Under the pieces are notes generated by a model. It was not told the DNA's origin and did not search any database. It saw nothing but the letters and a program-made list of their open reading frames with translations. Below, piece after piece: positions 26,791 to 40,035 of a DNA stretch of 64,000 bases. The position numbers were made by a program, and so were the translations under genes. Within the stretch, counting starts at the first letter, position 1; each line of letters opens with the position of its first letter. The stretch is from Octopus vulgaris (lineage: Eukaryota), in NCBI GenBank assembly GCA_951406725.2, contig OX597816.1, positions 22,196,001 to 22,260,000 on the forward strand, read 5' to 3'.

Positions 26791-26912
26791 TGGTCAATGC
26801 CCCCTAGTGTGCCCTATGTTTGCCGATGCGTGCATGTGTCCGCCTGCATGATATGCTGCGAGTGTGCGCGTGTCCCTGTGTGCTTGCTCTGGATGTGCGC
26901 CTAGGGGGTATG

Positions 26913-27125
26913 TTAGAGTATGTTTAGTTGTGGTCTGTATTTTTCAATAAGATTACTTTCCCTATTTATTCGTGTTTGGTCTGTGGTGTTGTCCGAGCAT
27001 TGGTATAGTGGGAAGACTAAGAATTTGGGGTACTTATTGTGTGCACAAAGGTCTAAGTGTCCACTTAGTGGTATCTGTCTTGTGGAGGGGTCCCTCAGTT
27101 GTTGTCGGTGAACTGTCATTCTTTC
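26913..27125 (-). pseudogene. PLE GIY-YIG endonuclease C-terminal fragment
   Basis: RMTVHRQQLRDPSTRQIPLSGHLDLC..FLVFPLYQC..TRINRESNLIEKYRPQLN* matches the R..H / H / R...E..I....P.LN pattern of PLE endonucleases. Confidence 0.8.
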
Positions 27126-27515
27126 TCTGCCCATTTTTTCAAATATTCTCATCATACTGTTGTACTTTCTTATGTCCTTAACATGTCCTTGTTACCAAGG
27201 ACTGTTTATATACATGTAATGTGGCAATTTGTAACAACCAATAATTAACGCAACCAAACTTCCAATAATATATTTGTTTTATTCTTTTCTGCGCATTTTT
27301 TCAAGTATTCTCATCACACTGTCGTACTTCTTTATGTCCTTAATATGTCCATGTTACCAAAGACTGTATATATATATACATGTAATGTGGCAATTATGTA
27401 AAAAAACGTTTTTGAATTCATAATATTCTATGTTACTATTAACAATCTTTTTCCAAAGAGTGAAACCGGTTAAGTAAATAAACATCTTTTAAATTGCACT
27501 TTCAAACCTTCTTTC

Positions 27516-27564
<49 letters not shown>

Positions 27565-29559
27565 CATACATACATACATACACCAGTAGTAGTCACTGTA
27601 ACCCGTTTGGTTTCAACCACTCCTAGTTGAAAATGTCGTTGCGCGGCGGCAACGGAAAAGATACTATTTCGTACTTCATGCAAAGTAAACCTTAAATACA
27701 GTTCTGCGTTTGGTGTGACAACATAAACACGACGAAATGTTTATTCTTCGGAAATGTTCGAATGGTTCAACTTTTTCATCGCTTTCTTCTTTGCCATTTT
27801 TTATTACTATAGTTCCAAGTGAAACATGGATACTTCAGCATAAAATAATCTTTGCAAAGTCTTTATTGATGTCCAATGAAAAGAATTTCCTCAATGTTGT
27901 TCTCATATATCGTTCATTGACCAGACATAAACATCCTCAGTATTTTCGAGTGCCTTTGATCGCGTACACAAAAATATGAGGCCAGCCAGGCGGAATCAGC
28001 GAACTGCTACACTCTGTGACATTGATCATGACTTTGCCTCGCTTTCCTTAGAACATTCCCATTTGTGACTCGGTGCGCCCAAGGTTTGTATGATACGGTG
28101 TGATACTATATGACATTAGCTCTGAGAACATCGAAAACCAATATTCAGATATGGTTTAAATGAGGATCGAAAGCGACACTACTGAAACGGAATTTGCCAA
28201 ATGTTCTACTGCCACTCTGATTCAACGTAATAGAAAACAAATATTTGAGATGAAGATATACAGATCATTGCAGAGAAAACGATGTATGATATATCAATAC
28301 ATATATGTGTGTTAATAAGACTTTTGTACATTCTAGAACAGTGGAAAAAAAAATCAATTATGGCATTTACTTTTAGAATGTTGAAATTCGACGGAAGTGT
28401 CAAATCATATTGACAAACAGAAAATCTATATTCTGCTATATGAAAGCGATTGTCAAAGGCCACTTACTATATGTCAAAATCACACACAAGTGTATAATTA
28501 TATTGATATTCATACAGATATAACAAAGTGTGTTTTAGACCAGAAAGAAAAACATTATTTAATAATGAAATGTGAAGTAACAAACATTCATAACGCATTA
28601 ATGCCTGGCTTTTTATCGGCTTCAGTTATCGTAAATGTTTATATTATATTAGGCAAAAACAATTCTATGAACTATAAATTATTCTATTATTATTCATCGT
28701 AATCGATGCGATCTGAGTTTCGTGAATGGGTGCAGATACTTTGGACGGTAACAATAATTCTTTTTACAAATATATCTTACGTAATTACATTTTTGATGGG
28801 TAGCATCATAATGTTTTGCTATTACTGGTATTATATAGCCGCTAGTATGATATTAAGAAGTTAACACTTAAGACTTGTATTTGAATTGTTCAACGAGGAA
28901 AGTGGGAAGCGCATATGAAATAAAACTTTTATTATAGCCTAAGGAAATGTCCTTAAGGTTAAGACTTTAGGAATACATTCAGCAAAGAGACTCAGGCAAT
29001 ATATCTGCGGTTCTGATTCCAGCAAATATAGATATTTGCTATATATTCAGAGATATGTTATCGAATATTAAAGAAGCATGTAGATAGTAAGGAATAGTGA
29101 AGGAATAAAGTTTTGTGATTCAAATCTTACTAAAATGCAATGCGCACTGTCTCGACAAATCTTCTCGTAGACGACAAATGCTAAAATACGTCAGATAATA
29201 CCTGCAGGTGGCGTTGTTGTGTGACATGATTTCATCGAATTTCAGATTGGCAGCGACAGTTAGTCAAACAGATGTTTCGGCAAAAAACTGGCCGAGGCCA
29301 TGTCTAAGTTAATAGCGCTATCTGCTACGATCTTTTAAGGCATTATTAAGTCAGATTATGTCGTATCATGGCCCATTCAAGGTGGGATTTTTTTGTCGAT
29401 TGATATGTATCCAAGTATTATTAGTTTATCTGGTATTCCCTTAACGAAATAGCCTAGGTTTCTTTTAAAAGCGATGGGATCTTTTTCTTCTTTGATTTGT
29501 TTTCGGATAAAGTTATACAAAGCAGGGCTTGTTGAGCTAGTGAAATTGTGTTACAGTGA

Positions 29560-31550
29560 ATTTATGTGTCATGAACCAGAATTGTGTAAGGCATGTTTGG
29601 CACGTGACCCCAGGCTTAGAGGAATCTTGAATTTGATAAGGTCATTTGGACAATGATAGTGTTATTTTCTCAACATTGTCCAAATTATGTAGTGGCCACC
29701 GTGGTATTGGAGAGAATAAACTTGCAGTATTTTAAACCAGTCTCAACAATCAAGATTATTTATGTCTTTTAATTTTTCTTATTGATTGCTCTTTGTTGTG
29801 ATTCATTTCTCATACTGCATTGCTTGGTGGGGAGAGACCACAGTGGGCAGAAATATTCTAGATGTCGACTTAAGAATTCTTGCTCTCTGAAACGACAAGT
29901 TCTGAGGATTCACCTCATCCTTCGAGCCATGGCAATTTTATTGTCGATGTGAGTACTCCAGCGAAGATTGTTCTCTCTGATATTATAAGATACTGTAAGC
30001 AGTTCCCGGAAGGAAGAGGATAAGGTTGTTTAGGTGCATTCTCTCTTCCAATGTTCAGATGAGTTCAGATTTCAGCTGAGTTCCGATTTACCTCATTTAA
30101 TAGTATATTATTCTTTTCCTCTCATTGCCTAACTGCATGTAGATCAAACTGGATTTCGTTTCGGTTTTCTCCACTGGTAATTATCTGAAGCTTGGAGTCG
30201 CATGCTAATATATTTATTTTTCTATGCTTGAGATATCGTTTATACAGATTATAGAAAAAAGAAGCGGGTCCAAAACAATCCCCTAGAGGACACCACTGGT
30301 TTCTTTGCGGTTTTGTTGGGATTGAATGGATCATCGCCCACCCCGATCGGAACACTATGTTCATTTCATCAGAAAATAATTAATCCACTTAAAGGGTCTC
30401 CAACACAATCCGATACTGAACAAGTTTAAATGGAAGATATTATAGTTTACTCTGTCGAACTCTGCTGAATTCAAGATACATAAGAACCCGATCACAAAGC
30501 ATTAATGACATCACCGGTGGGATGTAAAAGCCGTGTGGCAGTCCCTAACACAGCGCACGCCATGCTGTTTGAAATTTAGAAGATTGAGGATATCCAGGGA
30601 GAGAGTTATCCTTCATCTCCACACATTTTGAGATACTTTGGTCATATGGAAGCTGAGTGAGATTGACCGATAGGTAACTAAAAGAGATCTGTTTCCCTTT
30701 TCGAAGACCGAGATGACAAGTTGAGATAAGAAATGTTTCTGGATATAACCTGAGCTAAATATGTTTCTCGAAAGATATATTTGAAGGGTTGCAAGTAGGT
30801 ATCTGTATTCTTTCGGGACACTAGCGGAATATTTATCAGAACCTACTGTGAACAATACTTGATTTCATTTATTGCTACTTTGATATCTGTAGTAGCAAAA
30901 CTTACGTCAGAGATAATATGATGGTGTTTTAAGTTGTTCAGATCTCAAATACGATCATAAAATATAGAGCAATATAGTTTATGCAGTACTTCTGTCATTT
31001 TTCTCAGTTTCATGCTGAATAATGCTATCATCTATCACTGGACCAACGTGTGAGAGACCGACGAAAGTCAATAGAACACTTTCGTGCTCTGATCTCTTTG
31101 ATTTCCCCGTTTTCCTCTACAGTTATTTAGTTGCCAGTGTAGGGTTACATGTTGATCTGCAGACGATATTTTTCCAGCTCAAAGCTTCTTGTAGCTGTTG
31201 AATGTGGATGCTGTTTCAAGTAGCATTTTAATTGGTTGATAAGTGCTTGGTTTTATTTCTTCACTTGGAACCTATTTCTGCTACTTTCGTAGGATCATAC
31301 ATAAGTGACAATGTTCTCGAAGTGTAGCCATAGTGTTTCACTATAAGAAAAACTGTGAGTGAAGAACCAGTTGATAAGTGATACAAATTTTCTAATTGCC
31401 CCTTAGATTGCTTAGTAAGGAACGATGTTGTCGAACTGGAGCGAGAGTGACTAATTTGGCTTTGGCATGCCCAAAATGTATTCGCTTCCTTTTCTTCGAT
31501 TCAAGAGTGTTACGGAATGATGAATTATTAAGAGTTCCAGGATTTTCTAC
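29560..31550 (-). pseudogene. Heavily decayed CR1-group LINE ORF2 (RT)
   Basis: YRSISLSFHMTKV (cf. NYRPISLTS), QHG, a SGVPQG..LDPLLF-like segment and ACDSKL (cf. FADDSK) occur in order. The right boundary is uncertain. Confidence 0.72.
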
Positions 31551-31931
31551 TGTAAGTCTATTTCAGATGGGGGAGTTCAAGAAAAGCACGTTTTCTGATT
31601 TTCTAAAAGAAAATCTATTAACATTTCTTCCTAAAATTCTTGTCTTAATCTTTGCAAATTAAACCTGATTAAAACTGTGGAAGTGATTGTTAGAGCATTA
31701 ATATACATAGACATTTAACTTACGTACACACACAATCGCGCGCACAGACATTCATATGCAATCGTAATATAAATATACATAAATATACAGAACCAAAAAC
31801 TTTTCAATGTACAAGACAACACAATCAGTAATATAGATATGAAAGCCAGTGTTATATCAATAGCGTAGGAGTCTGTTTCCGCCCCCCCCTCCCCGGTGGG
31901 AAATGCAGTTCAATATTCTTCAAGCCGCAAT

Positions 31932-32315
31932 GGACTGGAAGCACTCCGTCGGTTACGACGACGAGGGTTCCGGTTGATCCGAATCAACGGAACAGCCTGC
32001 TCGTGAAATTAACGTGTAAGTGGCTGAGCACTCCACAGACACGTGTACCTTAACGTAGTTCTCGGGGATATTCAGCGTGATACAGAGTGACAAGGCCGGC
32101 CCTTTGAAATACAAGTACAACAGAAACAGGAAGTAAGAGTGACAGAAAGTTGTGGCGAAAGAGTACAGCAGGGATCACCACCATCCCCTGCCGGAGCCTC
32201 GTGGAGCTTTAGGTGATTTCGCTCAATAAACACTCACAACGCCCGGTCTGGGAATCGAAACCGCGATACTACGACCGCGAGTCCGCTGCCCTAACCACTG
32301 GGCCATTGCGCCTTA
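31932..32315 (-). mobile_element. SINE family B
   Basis: 20-bp TSD AATATTCTTCAAGCCGCAAT at 31912-31931 and 32316-32335. Confidence 0.93.
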
Positions 32316-33296
32316 AATATTCTTCAAGCCGCAATATATCCTCTATAAATAGTAAATTGCAGTATGAGCCACATTGTAATTTGACAAAAATACACAGGGT
32401 AGAAAGAAATTCCCTGCTTTGATGATAAGTCTGCTCGTTGAGGTTAGTCTTAGGGTTAAACAATAAAAACAACCAGGAATGCCTCAGCTGACAATCACAT
32501 AATATACATCTGTCAATGCGACCAAAAATAAAAACAAAAGACCTTTCAAAAGGAAACCATTTCAATTTTTGTTTATTTCTAATGTTAAATAAAAAGAAAC
32601 AACAGTAATAATAATAATAATAATAATAACAACAATACTGAAATTAATATCAAAAATAATAATAGTAATAATAATAACGATAATAAAGAAACAAATAAAA
32701 AAGATATGACAACATTTTCTCTTAGCTGTTGTTGTTCTCCGCGTTGTTGTTGACTGCTCTGACGTCGTTAACAAAAACCGGAAAGCACATCAAAACATTT
32801 CCTCAAAATCAAAGATGTTCTCGAGATTTCAACTCCATGACATTAAATTCAAACATGAAGAAAAACCTATTTTCTTTTGTTTGTTATTTAGCTTTCAAGC
32901 CAATATCTAGTTTTATACTCACATACATAAAGATATCAACCCCACCGCCTCGCACACACACACACACATATATAGTGAAAGACAAAGAAAGAACGACACA
33001 CATACCGATGCATACACACACACACCTACACGATACAAATACACACAACGCCAATATTCAAACGAGTGCACTTCGATCATTTCAGTATTCAACGTTGATA
33101 CAAAATTCCGTTCACGTATTGCAATAATCATGTATGTTCGGGAGTGAATCGAAGGGAAATAAGAATTTAATTTAAAGCGAAATTATTGCGGAATCGGGGC
33201 AATCCTTAATTAGCCGCATCGTGTTTACGCAATAGTACTATGTACGTATGTAGGTATGTATGTATGTGTCCGCATATATATATATATATACATACG

Positions 33297-33482
33297 CTTT
33301 TACCTGTTTCAGCCATTTGGCCATGCTGGAGCACCGCCTTAAGTCGAGCAAATCGACCCCAGGACTTTGGTCGACCCGAGGCTATAGTAGAAGACACTTG
33401 GCCAAGGTGCCACGTATTTGGAGACTGAACCCGGAAGCATGTGGTTAGTAAACAAGCTACTTACCATATAACCACTCCTAGG
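33297..33482 (-). mobile_element. SINE family A, internally deleted
   Basis: Head and tail are joined at ..GGACTTTGGTCGACCCGAGG with the middle missing. Confidence 0.75.
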
Positions 33483-33520
33483 CCTATATATATGCACACA
33501 CACACACACACACACATACA

Positions 33521-33553
<33 letters not shown>

Positions 33554-33571
33554 TATATATATATATATATA

Positions 33572-34320
33572 TCGACATGAGTGAGGATACCTCTTTCCAA
33601 GTGCACATTACCAGGATGGCGACAAATTGCAGACGACCGGCTGAATGGATCCTAAGAACAATCAGAACCAGAGATAAGGAAACCATGATGGTTCTCTGGC
33701 GGACATTCGTCCTCAGCCGCCTGGATTACTGCTCACAGATATGCTCACCCACCAGTGTGAAATTAACAGCAGACCTTGAAGCAATCAAGAGAAGATTCAC
33801 AAAGAAGATCGTCTCTTTGCAACAGCTCAGCTACTGGGAAAGGTTGAAACAGCTAAGACTCTACTCCCTGGAGAGAAGACGGGAGAGGTATGTAGTAATA
33901 TATGCCTGGAGATCCTGGAAGGAATTGTGCCAAATTTTGGCATTGTAAGCTACATCAATGCTAGAACGGGACGACACTGCATAGTGCCAAATATCCCAGC
34001 AATGCCGTCATGCTTCAGGACTAGCTTCTGCAACAGCCTGGGTTTCAAGGTCCCACAGCTTTTTATCATCCTCCCAAAGAGTCTGAGGAATTTGCACAAA
34101 GTAATGTAGCGGTATTTAAGTCAAAGCTGGACATCTTCCTGTCGAGTGTCCCAGATGAACCTACCTCTCGGCAAGAGGTGCAAATGAGAGTAGCTATATC
34201 AAACTCCATTCTTCACCAAGTGCCACATATTAGAGGAGGTTCATCGTAATAACAGTGTATCACAAAATGGCGGTGCATGAGAATGACCGCAGCTCTGAGC
34301 TGAAACAAGAAAAAAAAAAA
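33572..34320 (+). mobile_element. 5'-truncated CR1-group LINE 3' end with poly(A)
   Basis: WILRTIRTRDKETMMVLWRTFVLSRLDYCSQICSP..LEAIKRRFTKKI..LSYWERLKQLRLYSLERRRERY, followed by a frameshift. A-tail at 34310-34320, within (TA)n. Confidence 0.9.
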
Positions 34321-34601
34321 TATATATATATAATATAACTCCGCTGTATCTCAATCATAAGGGAATTTTACATTGCTTATAAAATCTATATTTGGATGGA
34401 CTCATTATAAACTGTTGGACTTTTGGACTTTTGGACTTTACTCATAGGATATTGGAATATTGCATTTATACCATTACGCCTATAAAATGGATCTACAACT
34501 TCATTATCCCTACATATCTTACATCTATTTTCTTTCCCCCACCTCACTCTCTATTTTGTATCACATCTAAACTAACTATGACTTAACTATCCTCTAATAC
34601 C

Positions 34602-34653
34602 GTCTCCGATGAAGGAATATAATTAATAAATATCCAAGAAACAGCTGTAAGAC
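34602..34653 (+). ncRNA. Type-I hammerhead-like motif, one core substitution
   Basis: GTCT-CCGATGA-AGGAATAT..ATATCC-AA-GAAACAGCTGTA-AGAC: stem I GTCT/AGAC, palindromic stem III ACAGCTGT, GUA cleavage triplet. Confidence 0.7.
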
Positions 34654-34806
34654 CTATCTATAAATGTTCTAATATCTACACGGCCTTGGTTTTTTTATCT
34701 TATTACGCAAAAAATTCTTATACACACACACAGGCATGACGGCAATTGTTCATATATCCAAAACAGAATCTCAATATAAAGCATTAGGATACTAATATAT
34801 ATATAT

Positions 34807-35252
34807 AGGAAGTTAAAAGTTATGGCCGGTCATACAGTGATCATTGGTTTCGCACCTGTAAAGCCCTCAACTGTATAGGCGAGCAACTCGGTGGACTCAA
34901 ATGACTGAAGGTGTATAACCACTGCTCGACTTGCGGAAGAAATATGTTATGGTCAGTTGTCTTGTTTTATTTTTCTCCTTCGGGCTTTGAATTCTCAATT
35001 TGTTGAATAATCCTACCACAGCTCCTTCGAATTTCACCACCCCCGGAGCCGGTGTTCGGGAGGGTGGCCAACTCGATCGCAGCACGGACAATTAATTTTT
35101 GTTTACGAAACAAACTGACCGTTTCTTGCTTAAATTGTAGTGAGTTTATACACCTTCGGACATTTAAGTCTGACGAGTCACCTTATTGCTAAGAACTTTA
35201 GAGGTGCGAAACCAATGGTCACTCTATAACTGACCATACCTTTTAACTTCCT
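34807..35252. mobile_element. MITE with ~115-bp imperfect TIRs
   Basis: TAGGAAGTTAAAAGTTATGG..CATTGGTTTCGCACCT..GAAGGTGTATAA is mirrored at 35145-35252. A short relative lies at ~49968-50088. Confidence 0.75.
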
Positions 35253-35259
35253 AATATAA

Positions 35260-35631
35260 GCAGGAGTGGTCGTGTGGTAAGTAGCTTACCAACTACATGA
35301 TTCCGGGCTCAGCCCCACGGCGTGACACCTTGAAGTGTCTGCTATAGCCTCGGACCGACCAAAGCCTTGTGAGTGGATTTCGTAGACGGAAAGATGCCCG
35401 TCATATATATATATATCTATATATTTAACGTAAAGTATAATAGCCATCTCAATATGGCTAACCACTAAGGGTGGGTGTTACTGTAGCTTTTAGCCCCAGG
35501 AGATCATCGTCTCCTGGGGCTAAAAGCTACAGTAACACCGACCCTTACTGGTTAGCCATATTGAGATGGCTATTATACTTTACGTTGTCGAGCGGTTACT
35601 GTTTACATCTCGTTCAGAGATTTATTATTGC

Positions 35632-35706
<75 letters not shown>

Positions 35707-35892
35707 GTGTGTGTGTCCAACATCGCTTGACAACCGATGGTGGTGTGTTTACGTCCCTGTAACTTAGCGGTTCAGTAAAAGATATCTATAGAAGTACTAG
35801 GCTTGCAAAGAATCCGTACTGAAATAGATATGCTCGACTAAAGGTGGTGTGATCCAGCATGGCCGTAGTCAACTGACTAAAACAAGTAAAAG
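35260..35892 (+). mobile_element. SINE family A interrupted by a palindromic PLE fragment
   Basis: 5' half at 35260-35402 and 3' half at 35706-35892. Confidence 0.85.
35427..35632. mobile_element. Fold-back PLE pLTR fragment: 77-bp arms, 6-nt loop, 46-nt tail
   Basis: Arms at 35427-35503 and 35510-35586 with 2 mismatches. The tail 35587-35632 is homologous to the reverse complement of 16311-16355. Lies in (TA)n. Confidence 0.85.
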
Positions 35893-36335
35893 TATATATA
35901 TATAAGTAATGATTTAATGTTGTGGTATACAACTTCTATGCTGATTAGAGCCCTCTTACAGTATTCGGCTACCTAATGTCATTAACAATATGGATATATA
36001 AACCACTGGACTCATCGCATATGTAGAGTTTGTAACATATAGGGATTCACGAGATTTATTATTCACTGCGATAGTTTTGACCTGGTAAAAGACCGAAACA
36101 CAATGTGTGGAAAAGATCATTGTTAATAATAAAGAAACACGTGATTTACTTTCTTTTTTCTCATATATATAATGCTATTCCTCTGACCTAGTACCTATTT
36201 TTATATATTTTTCTCACCTACTACACTTTTCTACCTCCCCCCTCACAGACATTTTCCTACGCTTCCCTCTCAAATATACCCTGAAATGGAATCCTTAACT
36301 TAGTGCTGTAAAGGAAAATATAAGCGCTCTATAGA

Positions 36336-36560
36336 AGATGGTGAGCTGGCAGAAACATTAGCATGCCGGGCGAAACGCTTAGCAGTATTTCGTCTGCCGC
36401 TACGTTCTGAGTTCAAATTCCGTAGAACTCGACTTTGCCTTTCATCTTTCGGGGTCGATTAAATAAGTACCTGTAACACACTGAGGTCGAAATAATCGAC
36501 TTATTCTGTTTGTCTCTCCTTGCTTGCCCTATCTGTGATCTTCAGAGGTAGAAAAGAAAA
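36336..36560 (+). mobile_element. SINE family C
   Basis: Matches the consensus. TAAGCGCTCTAT occurs on both sides as a probable TSD. Confidence 0.82.
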
Positions 36561-38249
36561 AGGAAGACATAAGCGCTCTATGTTAGAAGGTACATCATAT
36601 GTTGATTGAGGAGCAATCAGATAAACCACATTTATGAGAGACGTTACATAAACGAATAAGATTATAAATGTTAAAGAAACAGGATTTTCGACTAAACGAA
36701 TACTAAATAAATTTACTTGTTCAAGAAGGAAATATTGCATACTTTATTTAAAATCGCTAATGTTCGCCAAGCGGTTTTACTGTATTGAAATCTTGCTAAT
36801 CAAATAAAAGGAAAGTCCTTGTTGATCTGTCAAACAAAACATCCACTTTCACTTGAAGGTTTCAGCAGGCATTCGCTACCAGTTTATTGGAAATCTAATA
36901 GAAAAGCGTGCGTGCTTCATAAAATCTACTTGAATATCGTTACAAGAATTTTTCCATCTTGAGACTGATGGATATTAAAATCTATAAATTTAGATTTGGA
37001 AATTTTATTAATATGAGCAACTATTGCAGATCACGAAACTGCATATTTCTTTACTATTTGTCAAATTCATAAGAATGTACGTTTACCTCCAAAAGTCAGA
37101 TCAATGGTGCGGCAATTTTACAAGGGAGTGTTATTAATGTGCAAGTCCTTTTAATAAGGAAAATCGTTTTTTGAAACTTCAATGAAACAAAAGAACAAAA
37201 CTCAGTGAAATTTAATAAATTTCTAATGAATATTGACAGAAAAACATAAACAGGAGAATATCGGTGATGTATGATGTGGAATATCATGAGATGAGAAAAG
37301 TTGAGAAAATATAATTCATTCCAGCGTGCACAAATTTGTTATATTTGCGCTCGATACCGCATTTGTTAATGTCTAAGTAAATGGAGAACAGAACACTGTT
37401 ATCTCAAACAAGAGCATAACCGTTTATCAATTTCTTCACAAGAGTAGAAATGTAACCATGACAGCAGAATGATGGGAGGACCAAAATAAAAGTACATTCA
37501 CAGAAATGATGTATGAAATTTGAAACAGGAAATGAGACAAAAACCGTTGTTGTAGTTTCTATTTTAAAGCAAACGATAAAACATGCCAAAAATATAAAAT
37601 AAGGCTCAAAATACACTAGAATATTAAAATGACAAAAACAGGGATGTAAAACAAAATATTACTGCAAACCATTTAATGCTTAAATACTATATATATGGTT
37701 TATACGGAATTTTCAACGCAACGGATTTAGGAGCATTGAACTGATTTTACGTGAGTTTATATTATTGAAATCCATCCCTGCAGTTGCTGTCACTGAGATG
37801 AGTGAGCTGTAAAATTCCTCATCAAATATTTATATCCATATATATTGTGATCAGTAAAAATTTTGCAATATAATTTATTTGCTTTATTGGACAAGTTAAA
37901 AAAATGCAACCTAGCATTCAAAGTAAAGGTGATCCTGTTGCACCTTCTTAAACCACCTTTCTGTCAGTACTTTGAACACACGCTGATATAAATTATTGAA
38001 TTCCGATGCGAAGAAAACCTTTCACAGAAGCTTCAGCCCACGCAGGACGTGAGCCATAGATCGGAACTCGCTTCCTGTTAAACAACGTTGTATTATTTGG
38101 AGGCACTCTATGCAACGTTCAATGAAATATCGATATAACATTTTTATTTAACATGCTCGTAAGCTTTCGGACATAGATAGGTATACGTTGTACAATTCGT
38201 TGCAAAAGAAATTATTCTCCATACAAAGAATACGCGTGGAAATATATCA

Positions 38250-38625
38250 TAAAGCTATGCATACCAATTACAATCATTCATCAACAGATGCTTGCGTAGT
38301 ATATTTAAAATTAGATGACCCGAACACATGTAATATGGAGATATAGCAAAGAACAAATCAAGTTTCGATTTAAGAAAAAAGTGGAAGTGGATTGGTAGCA
38401 CAATTAGAAAAGACACACCAAATGTAGAGAAAAGTGCTTCACAGTGGAATCCGGATGGATACAGAAAGAGGGGTAGGCCTAAGAACTTGTGGCGTAGATC
38501 AACACAAAAGGAACTAGAGAAAGGGGTAATTTCATGGCAGAGTATAAGTACAGAAGCGAAAAATTATTTGGACATGGAATTCAATTACAAGTGGCCTATA
38601 CTCCGCGTTGGAGGGTTAAAGGAAG
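38250..38625 (+). pseudogene. RTE-clade LINE C-terminal fragment
   Basis: INRCLRSIFKIR..KKWKWIGSTIRKD..QWNPDGYRKRGRPKNLWRRSTQKEL..SWQSISTEAKN is the typical RTE C-terminus. Confidence 0.8.
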
Positions 38626-39019
38626 AAGCAAAGAATACCACATCATCGTGCATAAAATTTTTCTTATGCTAGAACGGAAAGTGATATATTTGCTGATGTG
38701 TGCAAAGATTTGTCAAGTTGGAATTACTGAAATAGGGGAGAACTAAGCACCGTTGAATGAAACGCAGGCGTGTATAATGAAATGTATATACTTAATATAA
38801 CGTTTCACTGCTATCATTTCGACAGCTCACTTGTGGTACAACATTCACCTGATCAAGTAACATCGATTGTATTGTGGGAGTGAGCTAATGAACAACGCAT
38901 ATTTAATCACTGTAAACGAATCATTAGTGTAGGTTCTTAATCAAAATGTTGAACAGTCATACGCCATTTTCGATTGGAGAATCTATCATATATACACGTA
39001 CATAAATACATACATGTAC

Positions 39020-40035
39020 ATAAACTTTGATAGGTTTCGGCCAGTATAGGATCAAGCCGTTTCTAACTCAATAGCAGCCCCTGGTGAAGTCTTTTAGTCA
39101 TACAAGGGGCACCATAGCCCACTCTAACAAAGAGTTATTATATTATTGTTGGAGACATATCTGTGTGCAGGAGGTAGGTCCGGGATTTTTAGAAGAAAGT
39201 TGTCCAGTAAACATTTGAATTTTATGGGATCCGTTTCCGTTTTGACGGATTTTAGTATGGTATTAAAGAGAGATGGACCGGTTGAGGTAAAGTAATTGTG
39301 ACGTAATGTTGCAATGTGTACCGAGTTCGAATTTTGTATTGGGCGGATAGCACAGGGACCATGTCTTGAATGGATTTTAAAATTGATGCGAACATCATTT
39401 GTGTAATATTGATGGAATATTTTCCACATAACACAAATGACGTAGCGCCCCCGGCCGTGTTGGAGAGAGTAGAGTTTGGGTTTTTAGTCGAACCCAATAA
39501 TCAATGCCTTTCATGCCATCTATCTTTATTGTTATGAACGTCTGGAGTGTTTCTAATTTCATAATGATCTGTTTCGTATGGGGGACCACAGTGGACACAG
39601 TAATTAAGGTGGGGTTAAGCAAAAGTAGTGTAGAGAAGGATGATGGTGTATGCATCTCTAGACCGGAAAGTTCTCAGAATACAGGAGCACATCTTGCAGG
39701 CCAAGTCAACCCTGCTGTTTACGTGGGAATTCTGCTTAGATTATCCACAATCACTCCAAGATCTCTGGTATTGTTGAATGACATTAGGGAATCGCCTGAG
39801 GGAGAGCATATGGTAATTTCAGAGTTTCCTTCTTCCCAAAGTGGGTTTAATCAAACAGATCTGACTGAAGGCATATTCGGTCACTTCTGCTGTTTATGGT
39901 TTTCTGGAGTTTGGAATCATCTGCGAAGATTTTCAATGTAGAGTGTTTGATGATATCTACTATGTCGTTGATGTAAATAATGAAGAGGAGTGGGCCCGTC
40001 ACAGTACCTTGTGGGGGCACCACTACTGACTTTCC
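39020..40035 (-). mobile_element. 5'-truncated CR1-group LINE (RT domain to 3' UTR), frameshifted
   Basis: PQGTVTGPLLFIIYINDI..KIFADDSKL, then RDLGVIVD, DYWVRLK and FKCLLDNFLLKIPDLP. Confidence 0.9.

Larger units (their letters stand above)
24712..27516 (-). mobile_element. 5'-truncated PLE with inverted pLTR, inserted in (TA)n
   Basis: 24750-25145 is the reverse complement of ~27128-27516. There is an extra ~37-nt tail at 24712-24750, a GIY-YIG C-terminus at 26913-27125, and an HHR-like motif at 24796-24836. Confidence 0.85.

Noticed and set aside
25286-26807. Long ORFs (up to 282 aa) rich in C/V/Y/I/H/T
   Set aside because: They are translations of dinucleotide microsatellites that lack stops by composition. 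The same applies to ORFs at 11.9, 24.4, 51.2 and 54.1-54.7 kb.
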